From: Vitrella brassicaformis CCMP3155
Taxonomy: Eukaryota; Protista; Chromerida
Direction: 5' to 3'
Assembly: GCA_001179505.1 (NCBI GenBank)
Contig: CDMY01000246.1
Coordinates: 86,265-150,264 of the forward strand
Length of the DNA stretch: 64,000 nt
Below are positions 1 to 10,859 of this stretch, piece after piece; positions within the stretch are counted from its first letter, which is position 1; each line of letters opens with the position of its first letter. Position numbers and translations under genes: made by a program. The notes beneath the pieces are model-generated. The model ran no database searches. It had not been told where the DNA came from and saw only the letters and a list, made by a program, of their open reading frames with translations.

Positions 1-21
1 CTGTGTGCTGTTGTCACTCAG

Positions 22-1015
22 GTCATTCTGTCCATCCAAGTGCAGGACAAGAAGGAGTCGAGCACCATCCCGCCGCCAATGGCCTCCCCATTTTGTTGAC
101 GCCGTCAACCACACTGTAGGGAAGGACACCAGGCTTGCAGTGACCCGCCAGCGATTGGTGGTACGGAGGTCAAAACGCGGGCATTGCCGTCTGCCATCCT
201 ATGGGGAGGTGTGAGTGCTGAAGCTGACGAGAGGCGCCAGCGGCGCAACAGCGAGGGCTGCTGGCAAAGATGGAGCGGTTCAACCACAGAGACGTCATGG
301 AGCTGCTGCGGGCGGAGGGGTCCCCTGAGGCCTTCGCCAGACCGTAGACATCCTGCAGCAGGTGAGGCGGGCGAGCATGGCACACTCACTCTGGTGTGCG
401 TCCGTGATGAAACTCTGTTTGTCTTGTTCTCTCTCTTTACAGCTGAATGCCTCTGGCTATGTCTTGATGCAAATCGTCAACGCGACCAAAAGAGGCGATG
501 CGGACCGCCAGCAGCTGACCGGTCGACTGCACCTCTAGCAAGGGATCCCCGTCGGCCCACTGGTACAGCTGGAGGCCATAAGCCACCGCATTGTGAAATC
601 GGCGGCATTCGGAGGGATGGGGGGAATCGCTGAGCTGATTGAGGAGCTGTTGAGGCCGACGTGCTCACTGCAGCGTCTCGGCGTCTCTCGTCTGCGTGAC
701 GTGTTGAGGGACCACGACTCAGAGGATTGCAATATACATGGTGACCCGAAGCGGCACGCGAATGCAGGCCGAATGTGGTTTATTGTACTTCGCTGTGTGT
801 GTGTGTGTGTCAGGAGGGTGTGTGCGGCGACGTCGTGTGGCGTCTGCTGAAGCATGACGGGAGTGCTGCGAGTGAGGGGATGGTTCCCTGGATCGATGTG
901 TCGGGGCTGACCGACACGCAACGGTTCTGTCGGGTGACTGCCTTGCTGACGTATGGCAACAGGGGGTGGATGTCCATGTGTAATTCTTGGCTTTGGGTCG
1001 TTGCAGTGTATTCTG
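22..1015 (+). pseudogene. Degenerate multi-exon gene fragment of unknown family
   Basis: Exon-like blocks with splice signals (exon ends 361 before GTGAG; acceptor TTTACAG ending 442; acceptor GTCAG near 812). Reading frame LNASGYVLMQIVN...RLHL*QGIPVGPLVQLEAISHRIVKSAAFGGMGGIAELIEELL has an in-frame TAG at 536-538, and an apparent frameshift lies near 335 (MERFNHRDVMELLRAEGSPEAF to QTVDILQQ). Confidence 0.4.
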
Positions 1016-1498
1016 GCCGGGCCTGTGCGCGCCCGTTTGTGAGGTGCTGTGGCTGTGTGCCATTCATTCATTAGTCACTTCTTTGTTGTCAGTCAGTTAT
1101 GGTGGCAGATGTCGCTCTCACGTCACGTCATCTGACCTAGCCGTCCTTCCTGCTGATCGAAATCTGTCTCCCTCTGTGATTGAGTGATAGCAGCGAGTGA
1201 TCGTGGGACCTGTGGATGAAGACATTCCATGAATTAAATAAACCCAGCCAGTCAAATTGTATACAGTACACACCATCGAGCATGCACACACGTCAGAAAC
1301 CGGGCTAGGCTACACTGCTAGCCAGTCAGAACCGGGTTCAGGTAACCAGTTAGCCACTCATCTCTCTGTCCTCCCACCATTCTACGCACGCCGTCAGGAT
1401 CATCTGCGGCCCACTAAATCTGACAGGCCCCACACACCCGAACAGACACACAGTCAAGATACGTCGTCGGCTGTCGTGTGTGAGATGTCTTCCTTACA

Positions 1499-1551
1499 GA
1501 TGTGGCGGTGTCGCCGCGCTCTACAACCAGCCCGCCGCCATCGAGGCTGAG
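1499..1551 (-). pseudogene. Orphan fragment of the terminal exon of the F-box-like/LRR family
   Basis: Minus strand reads LSLDGGGLVVERGD, matching the family C-terminus (LSFDGDGLVVERR in copy 2, LSLDVCGLCVERR in copy 4). It lies ~80 bp past the stop of copy 1. Confidence 0.55.
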
Positions 1552-1632
1552 CAGTCAGACGTGACACAAAAGGCAGTCAGATGTGATGGGTACACTAGGT
1601 GGGTGGAACGTGCTCCTTACCTATGAAGGGCC

Positions 1633-4313
1633 CTACGTGTCGCGGCGCTCAACACACAGAGCGGCGATACGATGGCTGAGCTTGTATGGCCCGCCACTGA
1701 GGTTGAGCGCGGCCTGGTTTACCAGGAAACGATGCCTAAAGTAGTTGGACACGCCGGCGTTGTTAAACTCGACTATAGTCCTCTTGTGGCCCTTTCATCC
1801 ATCCAACCAACACGACGACAAGCACGGAAACAAACCCATCACCCAGGGACTACCTGTCGCCTTGTGGAAGTGTATGCTGTCGCGGACCTTCAACTCATCA
1901 TTGAAGGAAGTCACCATAGCCATGACGTGCTGATATAGTGTTTCCAACAGATGAGCCGCCACACCGCCTGGAATGAACGATTCCAAACACCATACACAGA
2001 GTCTTTGGCGCCTTTCCGTTCGCCCTCCCTCACCTGACACGTAGATAATCACTTCTTCGAGAGTCATGCTGTAATGGCCCCCCCACAGACAGGGGCTCTG
2101 GCTGTCGTACAACGGCACGGTGAATGCGCTGGCCGACAGGCTTAGCAGCTCCACATCTAGGCTCCTCTCCCTCCCCCTGCTAGTCATCTCCTTCTGCAGC
2201 TTGTGGAGGAACTGCCACACCTCACTGACAGGCGCGTTGAGGACGCCCCCGTGATGCTCGTCTCCTCCCTCGATTTTGTACAGGTTGGGCATGCGCGAGG
2301 CGACCTCGAGAACCCTCTTCTTTTTGGTGTTGTTGGCGAGGGCGTCGCCTGCCAGCCGCAGGGTGTGGGCGGTCGGGAATGTGTCGTCGGTGACGGCCAG
2401 AGAATGGGCCTCATCGTCGAATCCGCGATAGGTCACGATGCAAGCGACCTTGGCGCATTCGCAAATGGTCCTCTGCGCTGTGGGAGTGCCAAGGCTGCTG
2501 CGGCTGGTGGAGAGAATCTCCGCATCGATTTCGCCATTCGAGTAACCGAAGCCCATGATGTGCTGAGAAAGCGCATCGGGATGCGCGACGGCTTCACTGC
2601 AGAAATACACGCAGTCGAGAGGACGTGAGCAGAAATTATCTACATGCTTTTGCTTAGGTGTCCTTACACGAGCTGTGCCGTCTTCTGCAGTATCTCCCAG
2701 TGCTCGTCTGTGTCCCGCAGCACCTCGCCAATGTCGATCTTGAGCTCTCTGATGGACCGCTTCACGCCCCTCGCCACCAGCACCTCACGCAGCCTGTCGA
2801 TGTCGTCAAGGCTGCCAGCCTGCCAGTACCCCCTGTAGGGATAGCCTGCCACTGCCAGCCCCCGCAGTGTGCGGAGGCCCGAGAGTGAGTGCGGCGGCAG
2901 CTCACTGAGCGCACCCACCATTTCACCGCAGCCAACTTCTGAATCGATGACGTCCAGCACTTCAAGCCCGCCACAGTCCGCCAGCCGTGCCTTCGCATTC
3001 TCCATATGCACACCGTCGGATGGAAAGTGACCAAACCGCCGCAGGCCGAGGGTCTTGATCCCACGTGTGCGCCAATTGCGGCCCGCGCGAGCGGACGCGC
3101 ACTCGTCGGGTATGTTGGCGACCGTCTTGAGTGCCGGCAGGTGGACGGGGGCGGCGGGGGCGGGGGGCAGATCATGTGAGGGGGGACGGCGGGAGATGTC
3201 ACCAAAGGCCATGCAGCGGTCGAATGACAAGACTGCCAGTGTGCCCTCATCGTCCGGGTCATCGCCATCGTGCCCCCCTGCCGCGGCAGCAGCTGTCCCC
3301 TCCCCTCCTTCCCTCTCTCGTATCTTCTTTTCTGCCACGGACACCCGGCCGCTCGCGTGACCCTCCACCAAACTCGCCCAGGTCCCGCGACACCAGCCCT
3401 CCCCCATCTCGGGATGGCGGTGCTTGACCTCTCGAATGTTGATCGATCTGCGCCCCCATCTGTGTGCCACGGGCAGCGGCATGGCCGCCCACATGGGCCG
3501 CGCCGTGTCGTTCTCCCAGTCGATGACCAGTTTGGTGTAGTTGGCGGCCGACTGATGGAAGAGGGGCGTGCCGAGGGGCCGGCGGTAGCGCGTCAGCTCC
3601 CATGGCTGCAGGTGGCCGAACACGTTGGAGAGTGCGTCACGGGACAGACGAAGGCGAGCCTGAAGTGTCAACGAACAGGACATCGATAGGTCAATTCGAT
3701 GTCCAAATCTATGATGGTGCCATTCTGACCGCTCCTTGGTGGATGGGTGCATTGCCGCTCCTATGCACTAGACGATACGACGGACGCCTCTCCGCAGCCA
3801 CCTGACAACACACCACCCGTATGCACAGACCGTTGTGGCCATTCTTCGTGCGCACCTCTGTCTGCCCATCGGTTGCTGCGGCTGCCGGGCAGGTGGTAGG
3901 CGGTGCGTCCCCTGCTGGTGTGAGCGCATCTACGGCACTGGAGAGGGCGGGTGCCAAGCACGACAGCTGGTTGACAGAGGCCGTGCAGTGGCCGGCCAGC
4001 AGCGACAGCTGAAGGCGCAACGACTCATGACAAGACGCCTGCAGTGTTGAGAAGAAACAAAGGAGACCACAAGTCAGTCCACCAATCGGGCCACACAGCC
4101 CTGACTGACTGACCTGTGCAGGGTCTTCATTGGACAGCTCCAGCTGCTTGATCTGCGACAGACAGCCACCAACCTGCACCAAACACACCACACAGAAGTC
4201 AAGCTGTGTGAGCACATGGGCTTCTCAACCACGTGTATCTTCATGCTCACCTTTGACTGCAGTTGCAGCAGCTGGTCCAGGCTGTGCTCGATGCCCGCCG
4301 CCTCAGACTTCAG
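1633..4313 (-). CDS. F-box-like/LRR-like expanded family protein, copy 1 (5' end probably in the N gap)
   Basis: Exons: LKSEAAGIEHSLDQLLQLQSK; LSQIKQLELSNEDP; LRLQLSLLAGHC...; RPSYRLVHRSG; large exon ARLRLSRDALSNVFGHLQPWELTRYRR...KTAQLV (2664-3660); EAVAHPDALS...; GGVAAHLLETLYQH...DELK; GHKRTIVEF...VERRDT* (stop 1633). Same exon structure as five other copies. Confidence 0.75.
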
Positions 4314-4366
4314 CTGCAAGATCACACACACACGAAGACCATGACAAACAAACTCATGCCAGCCTC

Positions 4367-4666
4367 NNNNNNNNNNNNNNNNNNNNNNNNNNNNNNNNNN
4401 NNNNNNNNNNNNNNNNNNNNNNNNNNNNNNNNNNNNNNNNNNNNNNNNNNNNNNNNNNNNNNNNNNNNNNNNNNNNNNNNNNNNNNNNNNNNNNNNNNNN
4501 NNNNNNNNNNNNNNNNNNNNNNNNNNNNNNNNNNNNNNNNNNNNNNNNNNNNNNNNNNNNNNNNNNNNNNNNNNNNNNNNNNNNNNNNNNNNNNNNNNNN
4601 NNNNNNNNNNNNNNNNNNNNNNNNNNNNNNNNNNNNNNNNNNNNNNNNNNNNNNNNNNNNNNNNNN
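4367..4666. other. Assembly gap (300 N)
   Basis: Run of N. Confidence 1.
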
Positions 4667-4844
4667 GCAGCCAATTGGCGGCAGCTCATCCGGCCACAGT
4701 CGAGCCGTCCTGAGAACAGCTCATCAGACGGCCAGCGCGAGCGGGTCAGCCGCTCCCCACAGGCCTGCAGGGGCTCAACGGCATAGCAGCTGTTGACAGG
4801 CCCACCGTCCATCTGGGAGGCCCAGCCAGGGCAACGCACTCGCC

Positions 4845-7207
4845 ATGTCGGCGTGCGAGGTTGACCTATACAACGACCCGACTCTCTATGACAAGTACGA
4901 TGTCGTTGGTGAGCTGGGCGCCGGTTCGTTCGGCAAGGTGGTGCTGGTGTGGGAGAAGGGCAAAGGGCCGGCGGGCCGTCTGTTCGCGGCCAAGGTCCAG
5001 GACTTCTCGACCTGCTGGGAGGGTATCCCTGTCGAGGCGGTCCGCGACGTGGTGAGGTTGGGAGGCAGGGAGGGAGGGGTGGGTGGGCGTGTGATGTGTG
5101 GCGGGTGTGGATGTGTGTGTGGCTGTGAGTGATGCAGGCCATTCTGACTAAGATGAAGCACGAGAATGTGGCCAAGGTGTTCGAGGCCTGGGTGTCTGGC
5201 GAGGAGGGGCGGCTCTACATGGTCATGGAGTATGCCTCCGGCGGCGACCTCTTCAGGTTCCTCCGCCGCATGTTCCCACCGGTGAGCAAACCAGCAAACA
5301 GACCAAGGAAACCGACAGAGCCGACGGATGGACCCTCGTGTGTATGTGTGTACTCTGCTGTCATGCATTCGCGAATGCAGCGAAAGGTCAAAGTGGATCG
5401 GATTCTGCCGCCCGAGCAGGTCAAGCGCTATATGTTCCAGGTACCTGAGAGAGAGGCACACACAGCCATGGGATGCCCCCCCCTCTGCTGTGTGTGTTGG
5501 ATTGGACAGCTGCTGTTGTCGTTGGCCCACGTTCACTCGCACGACATCGCCCATCGCGACCTCAAACCCGCTAACGTGCTGCTCAACAAGAGCACCACAC
5601 CTGGACGGTATGCGACATTCCCCCCCGCCCAAACGCGTCAACCAAACCCACACACCACACACCCACACACACGTTTGTCCGTTTACGTGTCTGTGTCCGT
5701 TTACGTGTCTGTGTGGATGCAGTGAGAAGTTGTTGTTAACCGATCTCGGCCACGGCCGTCTCCTGGACAGCCTCGGCGCCCCGCCCGTCCGACACACCGT
5801 AAACACCGCACTGACCCAGCGGCACCATGTGTCAGCGACACGTGTGAATCCGTTGTCCCATTCATCAGAACCCGACTGAGTTGGGGACGCCATCGTACAG
5901 AGCGCCGGAGGTGGTGCTGGGGCAGCGGACACACGGGACGGCCGTGGACATCTGGGCTGCTGGTATGAGGGCGGGAGGAGGGACTTACACATGGCACCTG
6001 CGGGATGCTTATTGTGTGTCCAATTGTGTCTGTCTGTCTGTCTGTCTGTGTGCAGGCTGCATATTGGCTGAGATGCTCGGATGCCGTCGCTCGCCCTTCG
6101 ATGTGAGTCAGCCACTAGCCGGCTCACCGAGCCATGCACACACACACAGCCACACACAGCCACACACACACAGACAGAGATAAGTGTGTGTGTGTCTGTG
6201 TGTATGTGTGTTAGTGTCCTGTGGGTTCTGACTACGGCTCTCTGATTAAGATGATCGATTTGCTGGGGCTGCCGCCGCACAGCAGACTGCGGGTGCTCAA
6301 CCTGCCGCTGTATAACTCACACGTATGGACACACGAAACCAAAGCACCACACACACCACACACACGAGTCCGTCCGGCTGTGTGTCTGTGTGTCTGTGCA
6401 GTACCTCATCCTGCCGCGGATTCCGCAGCGGAGCAAGGCCGAGGTGCGCGCCAAGCTCCAGAAGACCCTGGCCGAGGGCGAGAACGGCGTGACCATCACT
6501 GACGAGGAGTTCGACTTCCTCTATGAGTAAGTCAGACCATCAGGCATCCTCCCTCCCTCCCTCCCTCCCTCCCATGGCTGCATTCCTCTGTCAACTGTGT
6601 GTGTCAGTCTGATTAGGTTTGACCCTGCTGAGCGTGTGACGGCGGCGGAGGCGGTCAACCACCCCTACTTTGACGACCTGGACAAACAGGTACCCAGCCA
6701 ACCACACCACCAGAAGTGCACCTATCCCTCACACGCAGCCCTCTCCACCTCTCCTGGCCCATTCATTTGTGTGTGTCTGTGTGTGTGTGTTGGGTGCAGG
6801 AGTTTCAGCACTGGGCGGCTGACGTCGGCAGCCAGTTCATCCAGCCCTACACGCCGCACATCGAGGTGGAGCCGGTCTACGAGCCGCCCTCCATCGAGGC
6901 GGCCCACGCTCAGACACCTCCCCCTGCTACACCTCCCCCTGCTGCCATCGCTGCCGCTGCCGTAGTCCCTGCTCCTGCTGCTGTCCAAGAGCAGCCCCAG
7001 GACAACGGCCGCCGATACCACATGCGCCCCCGGCGCAATAAGAAGCGGGCGCCGCCGGGTGCTGTGGATGGCGGGGTGCAGCACGGCGAGGGCGGGGGTT
7101 TGGTGATGGCGGGCGAGGCCAAGAAGGGCCGTCTGCAGGCGGACAAGGGACAGGACGGTGGGGCTAATGAGGTGGAGAGGAAGCGCAAGAAGCGCAAGGT
7201 GGGCTAA
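4845..7207 (+). CDS. Divergent CDK-like (CMGC) Ser/Thr protein kinase with Pro/Ala-rich, basic C-terminal tail
   Basis: GELGAGSFGKV, FAAK, PSTAIRE-like EGIPVEAVRDVAIL, HRDLKPAN, DLGHGR, GTPSYRAPE, DIWAAGCILAEM, FDPAERVTAAEAVNHPYF spread over ~12 GT-AG exons; ends in NLS-like ERKRKKRKVG*. Confidence 0.9.
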
Positions 7208-7885
7208 CTGCCCCTCGCGCACACAAACGATAGCAAAAGTGTGAGTAGCTGTCGTACACTGAGCTGGGCGGTGGGGGGGATGTAGAGGGGGAGGGGAGGG
7301 GAGGGGACAATGGCCGTGCGTGATGGATGGATGGACAAATGGATTGATGGATGGGCGAGACAGACAGACAGACGTGATGCATACAGACATGTACCTGGTG
7401 TGAATGAATGGGACCGACCGATCCACGGGCCGGCCAAGAGGCAATCAAACAAACAGGGGCAATGACACCTGAAAGGGTGCACGCGTGACGGTCGCCACTG
7501 AGAATTCAGGAGACAGGCGAGGCGATGCAAGGCTGACAGCACTCAGGCAGGCACTAGAAACCAATCCTCACTGACGCACCCATCCATTTCATTGCACACG
7601 CACACGCATACGCATACCAGCGGCAGGAAGGAGTGCATGAGGGAGGGACGTCTACCCATCCATGAGCAGCTGCCACCGCCCCGCCCGTCCATGACAGCAT
7701 AGGAGGACCGAGGGGGCCGTGGGTGGGTGCTGTCTGTCTGTCTGTCAGTCTGTCTGTCTGTTCATCCGCAGCTGTCCACCATGCTATCAGCTGCTCCCTC
7801 ACGCAGCATCGCCCCGAGCACCCACCCCCGAGCCCTTTGCCGGTCGATGTCCTCACCTACGGGAAGCCATTCATCTGAGGGATGG

Positions 7886-10637
7886 TCACGTGCGGCGCTC
7901 GACAACCAGCCCGTCGCCATCGAAGCTGAGCTTGTACGGCCCGCCGCTGAAGTTGAGGGAGGCCTGCTCAGCCAGGAAACGCCGCTCGAAGTCGGTGCGC
8001 ACGCCATTCTCGTCTTCAAATTCTACTATGGTCTTCTTGTGACCCTGTCATTAATTCCACCAAGAGGAGAGTGGGCACACACACACCACCCGGCAGCTGT
8101 CTGTGTGTGGTGTGTGTGCGGCGCACCTTGAGCTCGTTGCTGAATGAAGCCACCGAGGCCATCACGCGCAGGTAGAAGGTCTCCAATTCGTCATCCTCTA
8201 CACCGCCTACAGCGAGTGGCGAGTGAACACAGACACCACACAGAGATGTCATGTGTGCTGGTTCTCCCATCCCCCCTCACCATGCACGTGGATCGTCACG
8301 TCCTCGATCGGCGGCAGCTTGTCGTTGGTGCGCCGCCCCCACAGACACGGGCTCTGGTGGTCGTCAGCGAATTCATTCGTCAGCGGATTCAGATCCACCG
8401 CGAGGCTCCTCTCCCTCCCCTTGCTGACCAGCGCCGCCTGCAGCCGCTCGAGAAACATCCACACGTCACCAGCCGGCGCGTTCAGCAACTGCCCGTCCCC
8501 ATCTGATCCCTTGATGTGTGACAGGTTGGGCATGTGCGAGGCGATCTCGACTGCCCGCTCCTTCTTGGCCTCATCGTCGAGGGCAACGTTCAGCAGCAGC
8601 AGGGTGTGGGCGGCTGGGAATGTGTCGTCAGTGATGACTGCAGGGACGGCCTCGTCGAATCCCCTGTAGGCGACGATGTGGGCTGTCTTGGCGAGCTCGC
8701 CGACGAGCTTCTGGACAGTGGGGGTCCCGGTGCTGCTGCTGCGCGAGAGTATCTCGGCGTCGATCTGCCCATCCCTGTCACACTCACGCATAATTGGCTG
8801 TGACAGCGCCTCGGGATGCGCGACGGCGTCACTGCAGAGAAGCATCAAAAAGACGAGCACATCGGTATACGTCACGTGTACTTGGCCCTGTACTTGGCCC
8901 ATTCCCCATCTGACGCGTTCTTACACGAGTTGTGCCGTGTTCTGCAGTCTGTTCCAGTAGCGTCTCCCAGTAGCTTGGTCTATCTCAAGCTCTCGAAGGG
9001 ACCGGCTGACGCCCCTCGCCACCAGCACCTCACGCAGTCGGTCGATGTCGGCGGGGCTGCTATCCATCTCGACGCCGCGCAGTGTGCGAAGCGCTGCGAG
9101 CGACTTCCCGTCAGCGGGCAGCGCACTCAGCACACTGGCCGCATCGTCATCGTCCCACCGGAGCTCGAGCACCTCAATGGCCTCAAAGTCGCCCACCCAT
9201 GCCCTCGCACCCTCCACCTCAGCTGAAAGGTCTCGAATGATGAGCGTCTTGACAGCGGGCGTCAGCCACTGGCGGCCCTCGCGAGCCGAAAGGCACACGC
9301 CGGGTATGTTGTCGACGGTCTTGAGTGCCGGCAGGTGGACGGGGGCGGAGGGGGCGGCGGGCAGGGCAGATGACGGGGGAGGGTAGGGGATGTCGTTGCG
9401 AATGCTGTCGTCGAGCTCGACCTCCTCGAATGACAGCACCTCCAATGTGCCCTCGTCGGCCGACCAGCTGCCATCATCATCTTGCTCTGCCGCGGCAGCA
9501 GCTGTCCCCTCCCCGCCCTCCCTCTCTCGTCGTTTCTTCTCTGCGATTTCCGCCCTGCCGACGGCGTGTCCCTCCACTAATGCCACCTAGGTGCCGCGAC
9601 ACCAAGCCCATCGCCACTCGGGGTAGCGGCGCCTGATCTCTCGCACGTTGGTCGCCCTCTTGCCCCATCTCTGCGCCACGGCCAGTGGCATGGTCCCCCA
9701 CATGCGCCGCGCCTTGTCGTCCTTACAGTCTATGACCAGGTTGGTGTAGTTGGCGGCCGACTGATGGTAGAGGGTCGTGCCGAGGGGCCGGCAGTGGCGG
9801 GCCAGCTCCCATGGCTGCAGGTGGCCGAGCACGTTGGAGAGCTCATCGCGGGACAGACGGAGGCGAGCCTAAGGCCGATACATATGACACACGTGTGACT
9901 GAATGCAAAAGGGATGCTCGTGTGCGTCATCACTCACCGGTCCAATGTTGATGGGCAGCTGGCCACTCTCGTAGATCAAACGATAGGACCTCTCAGCAGG
10001 AGCAGCCTGAACCTCACACGCACACACCACATGCAGCAATCCTCTCTGCATAGAGCCCTCTGTGGTCGTGCAGGTGTACCTGTGGCTGCTCCTCTACGGT
10101 GTCTACTGGTGCCTCGGCGGGCGGCTCAGCGGCCGTCGCTATGAGGGCATCCACTGCAGTGGCCAGCAGGGGCTCCACTGTCGACAGCTGGGTGGCGGCA
10201 GCGTTGCACTGAGCAGTGAGGAGGGACAAGTGGACACGCAGCTCGCGAGTCGAGGCCTGCATGGACAGCCAGAAAGCAAAACGCATGATTCATCAGAGAG
10301 AGAGGGGCGAGGCGAAGATAAGGATTCACACCACTGTGTCGTTATTCGCAGGCTCCGTCCGCTGCTTGATCTGCGTGAGGTGTTCATTAACCTGAGAGAG
10401 AGGAAGCAGTGGCAGCGGTGAGCGAGTGAGACCATGTATGGCTGCTGTGTTTGGCTGAAATACCTTTGTCTGAAGTTGCATGAGGCGTTTCAGGCTCTCG
10501 CTCGCCAACTGAGCATCCTCCCGAAGCTGCCGCTGCTGCATCAAACGACCAGGCAACACACACAGCAGCCGAAAGGTGAAAGGCGCTGCGTGTGTTTTAA
10601 CGCCTGCTTTCATCTTCCTCACCTCGTTTGCATCCAT
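7886..10637 (-). pseudogene. F-box-like/LRR-like family copy 2, with premature stop
   Basis: First exon MDANE|GTGAG at 10637. Complete family exon series to VVERRT* (7886). In-frame TAG at 9587-9589 replaces the conserved Trp of CRGTWVALVEG. Confidence 0.75.
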
Positions 10638-10859
10638 TCTGTTGACCGCCGTCAGGGATTAAGGCCCTCCGAGGCCCCTCCTAGGACGCAGAGGCGACGC
10701 CCTGCGATCGAATGACATCTGCCGCCTCTGCCGTCATCACACGAAGGTTTCCCAGCACGGTTGACCTCGTCTGACGCAAGATCTACGGCATTTGATGGAA
10801 AAAAACGAACGCCCTTTCCAGCTCGCAATTTTGAAGGTGGGTGAGGTGAAATAGCGATA

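Noticed and set aside
4130-4796. ORFs containing X runs across the N gaps (also 59652-60309)
   Set aside because: Artefacts of translating assembly gaps.
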